Part shown: positions 20,396 to 29,831 of the stretch, one piece after another
How positions within the stretch are numbered: the first letter of the stretch is position 1
How the letters are laid out: the number at the start of each line of letters is the position of its first letter
Notes under the pieces: model-generated
The model's input: the letters and a program-made list of their open reading frames with translations, nothing else
Told to the model about the DNA's origin: nothing
Databases searched by the model: none
DNA from: Candidatus Poribacteria bacterium
GTDB lineage: Bacteria; Poribacteria; WGA-4E; PCPOR2b
DNA: 64,000 nt
Assembly (NCBI GenBank): GCA_965116925.1
Contig: OZ220744.1
Span: 5,344,001-5,408,000, forward strand
Direction of reading: 5' to 3'
Translations under genes and position numbers: made by a program

Positions 20396-20486
20396 ATTTG
20401 GGTAATTCTCCAATTTATCGGGTGTTCCGCCACACACTGGCACACTATTGCATGGCGTTTGAAAATCTTGGCAGTCTGGATTTGGG

Positions 20487-21029
20487 CTAGGGTTCAACTG
20501 ATGCAGTCCGCCTCCGCTCCATGCCAAGCCGGTAGCCAAGAATTGCGCCAATCGGGGCCGCAACGATGTACAAGAGCTCGGGAGGGCATTTTATCGCTAG
20601 TAAAATGCGAAGGGGTAGAGATATGATAAGGGCAAGCAATTGCGCTATATTTAAGAGTATGTAAAACAGCAAATTCGAGGCGACCAACGCTTCCCAGTGA
20701 ATATTCAGTAGTGACATCAACGCCACTATCGCAGGCGCACCAAGGAAGGCACCTTGATACGTGCGCTTACGGTCTATGCTAACGCCAAAGCGGCGTCCGG
20801 CAAATATAACGCCTTCAGCAACACCAGTGAGAGCCACCCCGTATGTCACACCAAAGGAAATCAGCAGGAGTAAACCCACCCAGAAGCCGTGCTGAACACG
20901 GTCACCGATTAAGCCTTTCCATAAGAGCAGTTCGACAATCAAGCGGCAGAGCCATCCGCTCGACAAACCGATAAAGCCACCTAAAGCAATTTGACTCACT
21001 GTTAAAGCAATCGTTCTCTTTCGAGACAT
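20487..21029 (-). CDS. hypothetical multi-pass membrane protein
   Basis: About 4 hydrophobic helices; ATG at 21029 preceded by GGGAG. Confidence 0.65.
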   Translation of the reverse strand: MSRKRTIALTVSQIALGGFIGLSSGWLCRLIVELLLWKGLIGDRVQHGFWVGLLLLISFGVTYGVALTGVAEGVIFAGRRFGVSIDRKRTYQGAFLGAPAIVALMSLLNIHWEALVASNLLFYILLNIAQLLALIISLPLRILLAIKCPPELLYIVAAPIGAILGYRLGMERRRTASVEP

Positions 21030-21219
21030 ACCATACTCCCAAAAAATCAGGTTTGATGCGAAGATTATATCACGGCATCGCAGCTGTGTCAACTGGAATG
21101 AAACGTGAAGATGGCACCCGCAATTCTTCTCAATGCCATAGTATTAGATTAAACGAACACCAAGGCGAAAACGTGACAAGTATTAAGATTTTTTTTACCG
21201 CTTGAATTTGAGTTTGATC

Positions 21220-21248
21220 TTGACAGACCGCAGTCCATCACCTACAAT
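21220..21248 (+). promoter_or_regulatory. sigma70-type promoter
   Basis: TTGACA, 17 bp spacer, TACAAT. Confidence 0.55.
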
Positions 21249-21270
21249 TGTATAGTGACCGTTGCAAATC

Positions 21271-21299
21271 AGCCCCTGTGCTGCTGCAGGGGTTTTCTT
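21271..21299 (+). terminator. terminator-like hairpin in the leader of the SGNH gene
   Basis: AGCCCCTG...CAGGGGTT followed by a T-rich tract. Confidence 0.55.
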
Positions 21300-21353
21300 G
21301 CTTAACTCATAGTTGCGACAGCAAACAGATTAAACCGAAGTGAGAGGAAACCA

Positions 21354-21989
21354 ATGAGCAACCTACTGTTTCAATCGGATGAAAAGGTGCTTTTTATTGG
21401 AGATAGTATCACCGACTGCGGGCGGCGGGGCGACCACGCGCCACTTGGGAACGGCTATGTCAAAAAGGTAACGGAACTAATCACTGCAAAGTATCCGGAG
21501 CGTCGAATTAGGTACGTCAATAAAGGCATCGGCGGCGATATCGTCGAAGGGCTTGAAGCACGGTGGGATACAGATGTTATTGCCGAAAAACCGAACTGGT
21601 TATCAGTGAAGATTGGTATCAATAATGCGTCACGGCAGCTTGGGGCAGGCATTCCAAACGAAGCATATCTCCCGGAATGGGAGACGTGCTATCGACGCAT
21701 CCTTACTCGTGCAAGAGATGAATTGGGCGTAGGACTTTTCATATTCGAGACCTTTTATATTGAAGAAGACGTTCCCCAACCCCGTCCGTTAGACGTTGAT
21801 GCCTATAATGAGATTATCCATCGGCTCGCGAACGAATTTAATGCCCGATTGATACGAACAAACGAAGCATTTGATCGAGCGGTGGCTGCGCGGCCGGGAA
21901 CGTTGTGGACAACCCAAGATGGCGTTCACCCAAATCCGGAAGGGCATACGCTGATGGCGTTAGAGTTTCTCAAACAGGCGGGATGGTAG
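21354..21989 (+). CDS. SGNH/GDSL hydrolase
   Basis: FIGDSITD, NKGIGG, IGINN, DGVHPN..GH. Confidence 0.92.
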   Translation: MSNLLFQSDEKVLFIGDSITDCGRRGDHAPLGNGYVKKVTELITAKYPERRIRYVNKGIGGDIVEGLEARWDTDVIAEKPNWLSVKIGINNASRQLGAGIPNEAYLPEWETCYRRILTRARDELGVGLFIFETFYIEEDVPQPRPLDVDAYNEIIHRLANEFNARLIRTNEAFDRAVAARPGTLWTTQDGVHPNPEGHTLMALEFLKQAGW

Positions 21990-22033
21990 AAATATCTGAT
22001 TGGCATTTGCATATTGCCGCTGGAGGCTTAATC

Positions 22034-22957
22034 ATGGACAGAGCTGCACAAGTATTAGAACGGATGAAAGGACCGGTAGTCCCCATTAATGTCTGTTTCA
22101 ACGTAGATGGCACAATCAACTACGACGCTGTCGGAGCGTATGTCAATTGGCTATGTGAAGCGCATACCCCTGTGCTTTTGCTCACTTACGGGAGCAGCGA
22201 ATTTGCAAGTATCAGCGATGAAGAACTTTGGGAATTAACAGAAACCGTTGCGTCCGTTAGTGCCGGACGTTCGCTCTGTATTGCGTCTACCAGCTACTGG
22301 AAGCCGGCGAAAACCCGGGATTTCCTGAAACACGCTGACGCCGTTGGTGTTGACGCTGTCAAAGTACAAATTAACCCTTGGCTGCCCAAGACACGAGAAA
22401 CACTGGTCCGATACTTCGACCTGATTGAAGATGTCTCCAACATACCGTTATTGCTCTGGGGAGTTGCACCACCACCATTCCCTGTGGAGGTCGTAGCGGA
22501 ATTGGCACAACGTCCCAACATCGTTGGCATGAAAAACGACGCACATCCCTTTTATGACTATTACGACTTGATTCGTGCCACAAAGAATGAGGGTTTTGGT
22601 GTGGTCAGCGGCGGACAAATGCGCAACTTCGTGTTCGGACACCAGATTGGGTCGCCTGCCTACCTGTGTCCCATCGCACCTTTCCGTCCTGATATCGCCC
22701 TGCAATTTTATCAATTATTGGTCGAGGGAAACTACGCTCAAGCGTGGGAGGTGGTTTATCGTTATGAAGAACCTTGGCTCCAATGGGCAATTGACAAAAA
22801 CTGGCTAGGAGTAATGAAGGCGACGGTACAACTTCAAGGATTGTATCCCAACAATCTGCTTGGTCCGCCGAATCCCCCACCGAGTCCGAACCTACTAACT
22901 GAAGTGCAGGAGAAGCTAGAGGAACTCTTTGGCGCATCGCGTACGCGCCCAATGTAA
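22034..22957 (+). CDS. dihydrodipicolinate synthase (DapA/NanA) family aldolase
   Basis: DGTINY, GSSEF, Schiff-base Lys in NIVGMKND; ATG at 22034 after GGAGG. Confidence 0.82.
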   Translation: MDRAAQVLERMKGPVVPINVCFNVDGTINYDAVGAYVNWLCEAHTPVLLLTYGSSEFASISDEELWELTETVASVSAGRSLCIASTSYWKPAKTRDFLKHADAVGVDAVKVQINPWLPKTRETLVRYFDLIEDVSNIPLLLWGVAPPPFPVEVVAELAQRPNIVGMKNDAHPFYDYYDLIRATKNEGFGVVSGGQMRNFVFGHQIGSPAYLCPIAPFRPDIALQFYQLLVEGNYAQAWEVVYRYEEPWLQWAIDKNWLGVMKATVQLQGLYPNNLLGPPNPPPSPNLLTEVQEKLEELFGASRTRPM

Positions 22958-23067
22958 ATACTTGATAATCCGATTTCTGAAATCACTTCCCAATGGGCAT
23001 GTCCCAATTTCTAGTTCATGGAAAAAATCAAGAAGGAATAAATCACGATGTATGAGGAAAGGATAGA

Positions 23068-24483
23068 ATGGGCAGCCATGCAGCCGCACAATACTATCAA
23101 GATGCCGCTATGAGGCCTGAAATGTTTGACGAATTGCACAGTTTACTGGGTGATCGTCTGACTACCGCGAAAGATATTCGGGAGGATCATGCGAAGGATG
23201 TGTCTCATCACCCACCCCACCTACCGCATGCCGTCGCATTCCCCCACACTAACCCCGAAGTCTCCCAAATCGTGAAAATCTGTGCCCGGTATTCGGTTCC
23301 GATTGTTCCCTTTGGCACAGGAACTGGAGTTGAGGGGGCGGTTGTCGCTATCCATGGGGGTATCTGTGTCGATTTAACTCAGATGAACCAAATTCTTCAA
23401 GTCAATCAGAGTGATATGGACGTGACAGTACAGGCAGGAGTCACACGGAACCAACTCAACAGCCATCTGTCTGAAATCGGGACGGGGCTTTACTTTCCTG
23501 TTGATCCGGGGGCAGATGCCTCGTTGGGCGGTATGGCGGCGACACGCGCATCAGGCAATGCTGCGGTACGCTACGGCACCATGCGAGAGAATGTACTCGG
23601 ACTGACGGTGGTAACCGCCGATGGGAATATCATCCATACCGGCGGACGTGCCCGTAAGTCCTCCGCCGGTTATGATTTGACGCGATTATTTGTAGGGTCG
23701 GAAGGGACGCTGGGGGTTATCACAGAGGTAACGCTGAAGTTGGAAAAGACGCCAGAGGCTGTCTCAGCAGCGGTCTGTGCGTTTTCAGATATTGCAGCAG
23801 CGGCAAACACAGCCATCCAAGTGATTGGATCCGGCATTCCTGTGGCTCGACTAGAGTTGCTAGACGAAATCCAGATGGGGGCAGTTAATAACTACTCCGG
23901 CTTGGATTACAAAGTCGCGCCAACGCTCCTTTTTGAATTTCACGGTTCAGAATCAGCGGTGACTGAGCAAGCCCAAACTGTAGGCACAATCGTCCGTGAA
24001 TATGGCGGCGAAGGCTTTCAATGGGCAGCCGGGGAAGAAGATCGCAACCGGCTTTGGCAGGCACGGTATGATAGCTATTACGCCTCACTGGCACTCCGCC
24101 CCGGATCAGTTGGGTACGTCACGGATGTTTGCGTTCCCATCTCACGCTTGGCGGATTGTATCCTGAAAACCAAGCAGGAAATCCAAGCATCTGGCTTAAT
24201 CGCACCGCTGCTTGGGCACGTGGGAGATGGTAATTTTCATGTGGTGTTCCCGCTCGATCCCAACCAGCCCGAAGAGTTGAAGGAGGCACAACGACTCAGT
24301 CAACTTTTCGTTGAATATGCACTCCAGATGGACGGCACCTGCACCGGTGAACACGGCATCGGACTGGGCAAGATCGACGCTCTCAAACAGGAGCACGGAC
24401 CAGGCGTTGACATAATGCACGCCATTAAAAAGTCGCTAGACCCACAAAACATCATGAACCCCGGCAAGGTTATACCGCTCTGA
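23068..24483 (+). CDS. FAD-linked oxidase (D-lactate dehydrogenase / GlcD-like)
   Basis: PFGTGTGVEG, PVDPGADASLGGM, GYDLTRLFVGSEGTLG, GHVGDGNFH, GEHGIG, NPGK. Confidence 0.92.
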   Translation: MGSHAAAQYYQDAAMRPEMFDELHSLLGDRLTTAKDIREDHAKDVSHHPPHLPHAVAFPHTNPEVSQIVKICARYSVPIVPFGTGTGVEGAVVAIHGGICVDLTQMNQILQVNQSDMDVTVQAGVTRNQLNSHLSEIGTGLYFPVDPGADASLGGMAATRASGNAAVRYGTMRENVLGLTVVTADGNIIHTGGRARKSSAGYDLTRLFVGSEGTLGVITEVTLKLEKTPEAVSAAVCAFSDIAAAANTAIQVIGSGIPVARLELLDEIQMGAVNNYSGLDYKVAPTLLFEFHGSESAVTEQAQTVGTIVREYGGEGFQWAAGEEDRNRLWQARYDSYYASLALRPGSVGYVTDVCVPISRLADCILKTKQEIQASGLIAPLLGHVGDGNFHVVFPLDPNQPEELKEAQRLSQLFVEYALQMDGTCTGEHGIGLGKIDALKQEHGPGVDIMHAIKKSLDPQNIMNPGKVIPL

Positions 24484-24488
24484 GTGAC

Positions 24489-24845
24489 ATGAAAACGGCA
24501 TTCAAAAAAACGCTAATCGCTTTTTTTATTTTTATTCTAAGCCTTATTGGGATTCTAATCGGCGTTATCAAACACTGGTCGCAGAGCGGTTCTTTGATCG
24601 AAAGCATGATGATGGTTGACTTTTCAGGACTTTTGCTTAGTGTCTTGGGAGCATCAATCTTAATTCTTATCAGCGTTGCCTTGATCTTCTGGCTGGCACA
24701 CGCTTGGTCAGTCGAGCGGCCCGCATTAGGGGAACAAATCATCCGGCTGGCAATGATTGTGAGTATCCTGCTGATTCTTGTCTTCGGTGGAATGGGAATC
24801 GGTCTAATCGTTTTACGTACCCTCTGGACAGTAAATTATTTTTAG
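24489..24845 (+). CDS. hypothetical membrane protein (3 TM)
   Basis: Three hydrophobic helices; starts 5 bp after the oxidase stop. Confidence 0.6.
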   Translation: MKTAFKKTLIAFFIFILSLIGILIGVIKHWSQSGSLIESMMMVDFSGLLLSVLGASILILISVALIFWLAHAWSVERPALGEQIIRLAMIVSILLILVFGGMGIGLIVLRTLWTVNYF

Positions 24846-24941
24846 TGTGAGGTACAAAGATTAAAACATATCTATATTAGCGGATTTTTTCATTTACACC
24901 CTGAGCTTACCCCCATCCTTTAGGCAGCCATGAATGAGATT

Positions 24942-25146
24942 TATAGTAAACACGAGAAATAAGGATACATTTACTAATAATTTCAACCGGCGCGAAATCT
25001 GCAAAGTCCCCCTGAACCCCTCTGATAAGAGGGGAAAGACAAGGGAGAAGATCCTCTCTTATCTTCTCCCCTTGTCAGGGGAGTTGGGGGATTTAGGGGG
25101 TTGGCTGTGTATTGAGAGGGTCTCATTAGTTCTAAAATCCGCTATA
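24942..25146 (+). mobile_element. TA-flanked MITE-like element, copy A
   Basis: TA-TAGTAAA...TTCTAAAATCCGCTA-TA; body clearly homologous to 61157-61328 (GAGAAATAAG, CAAAGTCCCCCTGA, GATTTAGGGGGTT). Confidence 0.75.
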
Positions 25147-25394
25147 AATTATAATCCCAATCTGCAATCAACAATAAGAATCCCAACGAAATGTAATTGT
25201 TTGTAACTGTTTGTAATACGATTGAAGGTCTATGACAAAACGTTTCATGCTGAAATAGGGACAATTTACCCATTTGCGCGGGAAAATTGGGAAAATTTGA
25301 TTTTCGCAGGCGAAACGTAACCTTTTTAATCTAACTCATGCTACCTTAGCACCTTATCTTTTAACTGCGTATCTACTAAGCAATAGAGAAAAAA

Positions 25395-25653
25395 ATGGTC
25401 GAGAAGCAAAAAATGCTGTTTCTCTGTACCGGGAACTCATGTCGGAGTCAAATGGCGGAAGGCTTCTTGAAAGATATGGCTGGTGATCGCTTTGAGGTCT
25501 ATAGCCCAGGACTGAAGCCATCATTGGGGGTTTGATGATCCAACGGAGGCGGAAGGGACTGAACCGGAGCGGTTCACCGTTTTTTGTCGAGTTCGTGATG
25601 AGACTCAGCAAAGTATCCAAGGGTGGTTAAAGACACTCGACCTACACCGATAG
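25395..25653 (+). pseudogene. arsC: arsenate reductase (LMW-PTP/ArsC) pseudogene with internal deletion and frameshift
   Basis: [23 protein letters not shown]...GLKP joins, in another frame, directly to [27 protein letters not shown]; central region missing. Confidence 0.88.
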
Positions 25654-25696
25654 AGTTGGGATCTGCAGGTTCGCACCGAGAAAAATAGGGGAGCCA

Positions 25697-26530
25697 ATGT
25701 CACCGCGTTTTTTAGCGATAGGTCACTTCTGCAAAGATGTAGTACCGGATGGATACGTGCTGGGCGGGGGTGCGGCTTACTCGACGATTACGGCTCGCAA
25801 TCTCGGCTGCCGTGCCTGTGCGGTCACCGCTGTTGGCGCGGACTTTGACCGACAACAACCGAGCCTAGATGGGATTGATGTTTCCTACCACGAATCGCCT
25901 GAAACCACCATTTTCGATAACCGGTATGACTCAGATGGCAAACGCCAGCAGCTAATCTTAGGAGTCGGCGGTGAATTGGGACCACATCACATTCCACCTC
26001 AGTGGAAAAATGCGGACATCGCCTATCTTTGTCCACTTACCGGCGAGGTGGATTCCTCAATAGCCCAATACTTTGATCGTGCGTTAATCGGTGTTACACC
26101 GCAAGGATGGATGCGTGGGTGGGATAAGAATCGCCGTGTACATGCCAAACGGTGGCACACCGCCGAAGCCATCCTACCTCACGCAGACGTTCTGATTTTA
26201 AGTGAAGAGGACATCGCTGCATCTCCCGAAGATCTGGAAAAGTATATTCAGTGGACACGGATTGTTGTACTGACGAAAGGACGGCATGGCGCAACGCTGT
26301 ACGAAAATGGTCAAATCTTGGAATCCACTGCCTATCCTGCGGATGAGGTTGACCCAACAGGTGCGGGTGATGTATTTGCTGCAGCATTCCTAATCAAATA
26401 TCACGAGACCCGCTCACCACAAGCAGCGTTGAACTTTGCACACTGCACAGCATCATTTGCAGTCGAAGGATACGGAACGACAGGCATCCCGACGTTGAAT
26501 CAAGTCAACGCACGGCTCAGAAAAGCCTAG
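25697..26530 (+). CDS. PfkB family carbohydrate kinase
   Basis: LGGGAAY, VLTKGRHGA, VDPTGAGDVF. Confidence 0.92.
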   Translation: MSPRFLAIGHFCKDVVPDGYVLGGGAAYSTITARNLGCRACAVTAVGADFDRQQPSLDGIDVSYHESPETTIFDNRYDSDGKRQQLILGVGGELGPHHIPPQWKNADIAYLCPLTGEVDSSIAQYFDRALIGVTPQGWMRGWDKNRRVHAKRWHTAEAILPHADVLILSEEDIAASPEDLEKYIQWTRIVVLTKGRHGATLYENGQILESTAYPADEVDPTGAGDVFAAAFLIKYHETRSPQAALNFAHCTASFAVEGYGTTGIPTLNQVNARLRKA

Positions 26531-26579
26531 GAATCAAGAAAACCTTCTCTCATCTCCTCGTACAGACACATTGAAACTA

Positions 26580-28514
26580 TTACCACGGTTCAGAATAGGA
26601 TGGTTCGTTCACATAACGCTCCGTGGTCAGATCAAGAGTAACCTCAGCCCCCGGTGGGAGCGTGAGGCGCAGATGTTTGTCGTTTATAGCGGCTGTCCGC
26701 GCTTCGGTTGTCAGCGGTGGCGGGGCATAGCTGCCGGCATAGCCACCCAACTCTCCGGGCCAGTCACTCGTCCGCACGAAGTATTCCGCCGTGCCGAATC
26801 GGTGCTCACCGAATCCACCTGCCTGAATAATCAATTCCCTCCCCTCATTGGGGTTGAGATTCGTTAAGCGAACAACCGTGCGTGCCGCTTCCAACTTTTC
26901 GACTAACGCCCCCACATCTTCGGGCAGACCGGGACGCTGACGATGAACATCGAAGTAGCGGAGGCGACAGTGCAGCAGTCCACCATTGTAGATCGGCTGC
27001 GGTGCACCAAGCGTTAATTGGATCAACGCCTCGGACGAGACAGGGTTACCCCATTGCCAGTGATGGACGTGGTGATGCGTTCCTACCGCTTCATCCTCTC
27101 GCAGCAGGGCAAGGCGTCGGCACATTATTTGGTGACTAGCGTGAAGGCTGTGTTCAGGATAACTCGCATTCCGTCCTGCCAAATATCGAACCCACGGCTG
27201 CTCATGTCCGGAATCCTCCTTGTTATGGAAGGCGAAGGTCGCGTTCCAGTCGAAAGCCTCCGCACCCCGAACCCGCTCCATACTCTCCCAGTCTTCGTCT
27301 GCCATCGAAAGATTCCACAGCGTTACCATATAGACAGGAGAGATAGGCTGCCAATCGAACCAGCCAGCGTCTCCATATCGGTAAGGCACCAAGAAGGTGT
27401 CGTACTGCTCGCCCATTGAGGCAAACTGACTATCCCAGCGTTCACTGACACTCATGTCGAAGTCACGAATGTCCTTTACCTCCCCAAGTTCAAGGATACG
27501 ATTCATCTGCTGCCGTGGAAGTTCGAGATATGCGTCGTCGCGGGTCAGCAGATAGGCGTTTGCAGCGGCATCAAGCGTCGCCTTCTGAAGGGTCAGAAAG
27601 CCGTGCGGAAATGTCCATCCGTAGCGTCCCCCATACCACTTGCCGTTACAGTATTCGCCGACCTCCCCGGAGTGTCCGACATTATCTGGTAGGAGCCCTT
27701 TGTTCCGCCGCGCTCGTTCGACCCAAGCATCGGTGTATTCGACTACCCAATCGCGGTACTTCTCCTCACCGGTCAAGAGAAAGGCGTTCGTAACCAACGA
27801 CGTAATAGATAAGTTCGTCGGTGTGTCTCCCTTTCTCCAGCGATCAAACAGTGCTTGCCCCATGGCGCGGGCGTTATCTGGATCCCCCAGATCCTGCACG
27901 GTGGAGATCCCGGGCAGATCGAAAAAGGGTAGGCTATACTGTTCCATGGTGCTGCCGAGGGGGGCATAGATCGCCGTTTCCCGTTCTGATATTGGTGCGT
28001 AATACGCCCCCTGGCTGCCGTTGAGTCCAGAAAGGACGATTTTGTGTTCAGGGTCGTAGTTGATGGCATCGGGATCCTCGTTGAGGTAAAAACCCGCAAA
28101 ACGCTTGGCTCTCTCACGACGTTTGTGTCCATTCGGATGCGCTAGGCAGAGGTGGAAAAAGAGGATATCGCTTTCAGATTGGTGCATCTGATCTTCGCGG
28201 ATACCGTACTCTTTGTAGACCGTGCCGAGACGCGTCAGCTGCTTGGTGACCGCCTCCCACTGCCGATCTGCCAACGTCAGCAGATGGTCTCCACCGCCCA
28301 TCAGATAGACGAGGGGCCAGTTAAAGAAAGGTTCGTAATAGTCGTCGGGGCTGCCACCACCCCATTCATCTTTCCAGATAAATTCTCCATCTTCTCGCGT
28401 GAAGTGGTCGAGAAAGGGCTGGACAGACTGATTCATTGTATCGAATAATTGTCGCTCCCAGACCGCCCAAGAGGGCGGTGTTGTAATCGGTACGTTAGCA
28501 GATATGTGGATCAT
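26580..28514 (-). CDS. conserved hypothetical protein (644 aa, Trp/Tyr/His-rich; possible carbohydrate-active alpha/alpha barrel)
   Basis: Long uninterrupted ORF with GGAGA RBS; DDYYE..NWPL, GLLPDNVG motifs; function not recognised. Confidence 0.65.
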   Translation of the reverse strand: MIHISANVPITTPPSWAVWERQLFDTMNQSVQPFLDHFTREDGEFIWKDEWGGGSPDDYYEPFFNWPLVYLMGGGDHLLTLADRQWEAVTKQLTRLGTVYKEYGIREDQMHQSESDILFFHLCLAHPNGHKRRERAKRFAGFYLNEDPDAINYDPEHKIVLSGLNGSQGAYYAPISERETAIYAPLGSTMEQYSLPFFDLPGISTVQDLGDPDNARAMGQALFDRWRKGDTPTNLSITSLVTNAFLLTGEEKYRDWVVEYTDAWVERARRNKGLLPDNVGHSGEVGEYCNGKWYGGRYGWTFPHGFLTLQKATLDAAANAYLLTRDDAYLELPRQQMNRILELGEVKDIRDFDMSVSERWDSQFASMGEQYDTFLVPYRYGDAGWFDWQPISPVYMVTLWNLSMADEDWESMERVRGAEAFDWNATFAFHNKEDSGHEQPWVRYLAGRNASYPEHSLHASHQIMCRRLALLREDEAVGTHHHVHHWQWGNPVSSEALIQLTLGAPQPIYNGGLLHCRLRYFDVHRQRPGLPEDVGALVEKLEAARTVVRLTNLNPNEGRELIIQAGGFGEHRFGTAEYFVRTSDWPGELGGYAGSYAPPPLTTEARTAAINDKHLRLTLPPGAEVTLDLTTERYVNEPSYSEPW

Positions 28515-28578
28515 CAGAGATGCGTTCTCCTTCGATAATATCGGAATTCCGCTACGCTCAACTTGTGTACTATCAACC

Positions 28579-28606
28579 GTAGGGAACGCAGATCTGCGTT
28601 CCCTAC
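28579..28606. repeat. GTAG-type REP-like perfect palindrome
   Basis: GTAGGGAACGCAGATCTGCGTTCCCTAC is its own reverse complement (28 bp). Confidence 0.8.
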
Positions 28607-28607
28607 T

Positions 28608-29501
28608 TTACATATCGCCTCGGTACGGGGTTGGACCCTCCGGGCGATTCTTACGGGGTACTTTTGTTGGATATTTTTCGAGTGCCGCGATCCAAGCCTC
28701 TTGCCATTCCTCGTACTCGGTTTCGGAATCCGGGGAAAGGCGACTACGGGCATCAAAGCTGGGCCAGAAGGCGCGTCCCGTGGGCGTTCCTCTTTTCTGG
28801 TAGCGTATATCCATGCTCCAACGGATGGTATTTGTGTTATTCGTACCTGACGAATGGGGGGTTAGCTTGTGAATGAAGATAACATCTCCTTTTTTCATCG
28901 GCACTGAGACCCAATCCCCATCTGGCAGACTATCGCCCCAGTATACCGTGCGATGCTTGTGGATCCGGGGCATCACCCGCAGGCAGCCGTTTTCCTCTGT
29001 GGTATCGCACAAGGGGATCCAAACGGTCAGGACAAAGGTTGCATCCGCTTCCTCATGGAAGAATATTGCATCTTGGTGCCAGAAGACTACATTGGAATTG
29101 CGCCCCTGTTCTAGGTCCGAAGGTAACTTCGCCCGTATATGGGTCATGGGACTACAGCAGATCTCTGGACCGATAAGTCCCTCTATCAAATCCAGCAGCC
29201 GCCTGTTCCGCATAAAGTGAAATGTCCCTTTGCCTCGGATATGCCCCACATCCAGAAATGTGTCCGATTCAAAATAGGTCGCCTCATCTTCGTCACATAT
29301 CCGAGCGAGACGCGTTTCAAACGGTTGGCCCGCGTACAGTTCGCTGATTCGACCTTCAGCGTACAAATCCTTGGCGAGCTTGTCTATGACTCCCTCGTAG
29401 TCTTGAATCACTGGCTCAAAATCGACATCCTGTAGTGCTGCCTCAAGCACCACATATCCCTCTTCTTTGAAATGTTCAAGTTGTTCCTTTGTCAGCGTCA
29501 T
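28608..29501 (-). CDS. phytanoyl-CoA dioxygenase (PhyH) family Fe(II)/2OG oxygenase
   Basis: LT.EQ..HF.EEGY, WHQD, VWIPL....ENGCL, H..TPHSS..N...RWSMD.RY. Confidence 0.92.
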   Translation of the reverse strand: MTLTKEQLEHFKEEGYVVLEAALQDVDFEPVIQDYEGVIDKLAKDLYAEGRISELYAGQPFETRLARICDEDEATYFESDTFLDVGHIRGKGTFHFMRNRRLLDLIEGLIGPEICCSPMTHIRAKLPSDLEQGRNSNVVFWHQDAIFFHEEADATFVLTVWIPLCDTTEENGCLRVMPRIHKHRTVYWGDSLPDGDWVSVPMKKGDVIFIHKLTPHSSGTNNTNTIRWSMDIRYQKRGTPTGRAFWPSFDARSRLSPDSETEYEEWQEAWIAALEKYPTKVPRKNRPEGPTPYRGDM

Positions 29502-29646
29502 TTGTCAGTCCTCTCAGTCGGCAAAAAATGATCCCGCACCTCATTTTAACGGCGGCAAGTCTTAAAACTTTCTACCACATTATACGCGGAAGCAGGCAGG
29601 GTGTAAAGTGGAAATTAAGTGTGAATTTTTACGATTTTGGATCTGC

Positions 29647-29675
29647 TTGCATTTAATATTAGGACGTGATATAAT
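29647..29675 (+). promoter_or_regulatory. sigma70-type promoter with extended -10
   Basis: TTGCAT, 17 bp spacer, TGaTATAAT. Confidence 0.6.
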
Positions 29676-29720
29676 GCCGCGCATAGCTGTTAAACTTGCT
29701 TTGGCAGCGAATAATAATCC

Positions 29721-29746
29721 GCTCCCAGATTTTCGGGAGTTTTTTT
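29721..29746 (+). terminator. intrinsic terminator in the leader upstream of the GNAT gene
   Basis: GCTCCC...GGGAGT followed by a T-run. Confidence 0.6.
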
Positions 29747-29831
29747 ATATATCCATAACAGGAGAGATTGACGGAATCGATGCTGCCCTGGCGACAATCC
29801 CTCTTCAGCATGAATTTTATCTACTAATAAA

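Noticed and set aside
24934..25206. 90-aa ORF; likewise ORFs 38461-38736 and 49605-49832 and the N-terminal extension 61178-61354
   Set aside because: All are read-throughs of MITE sequence rather than genes
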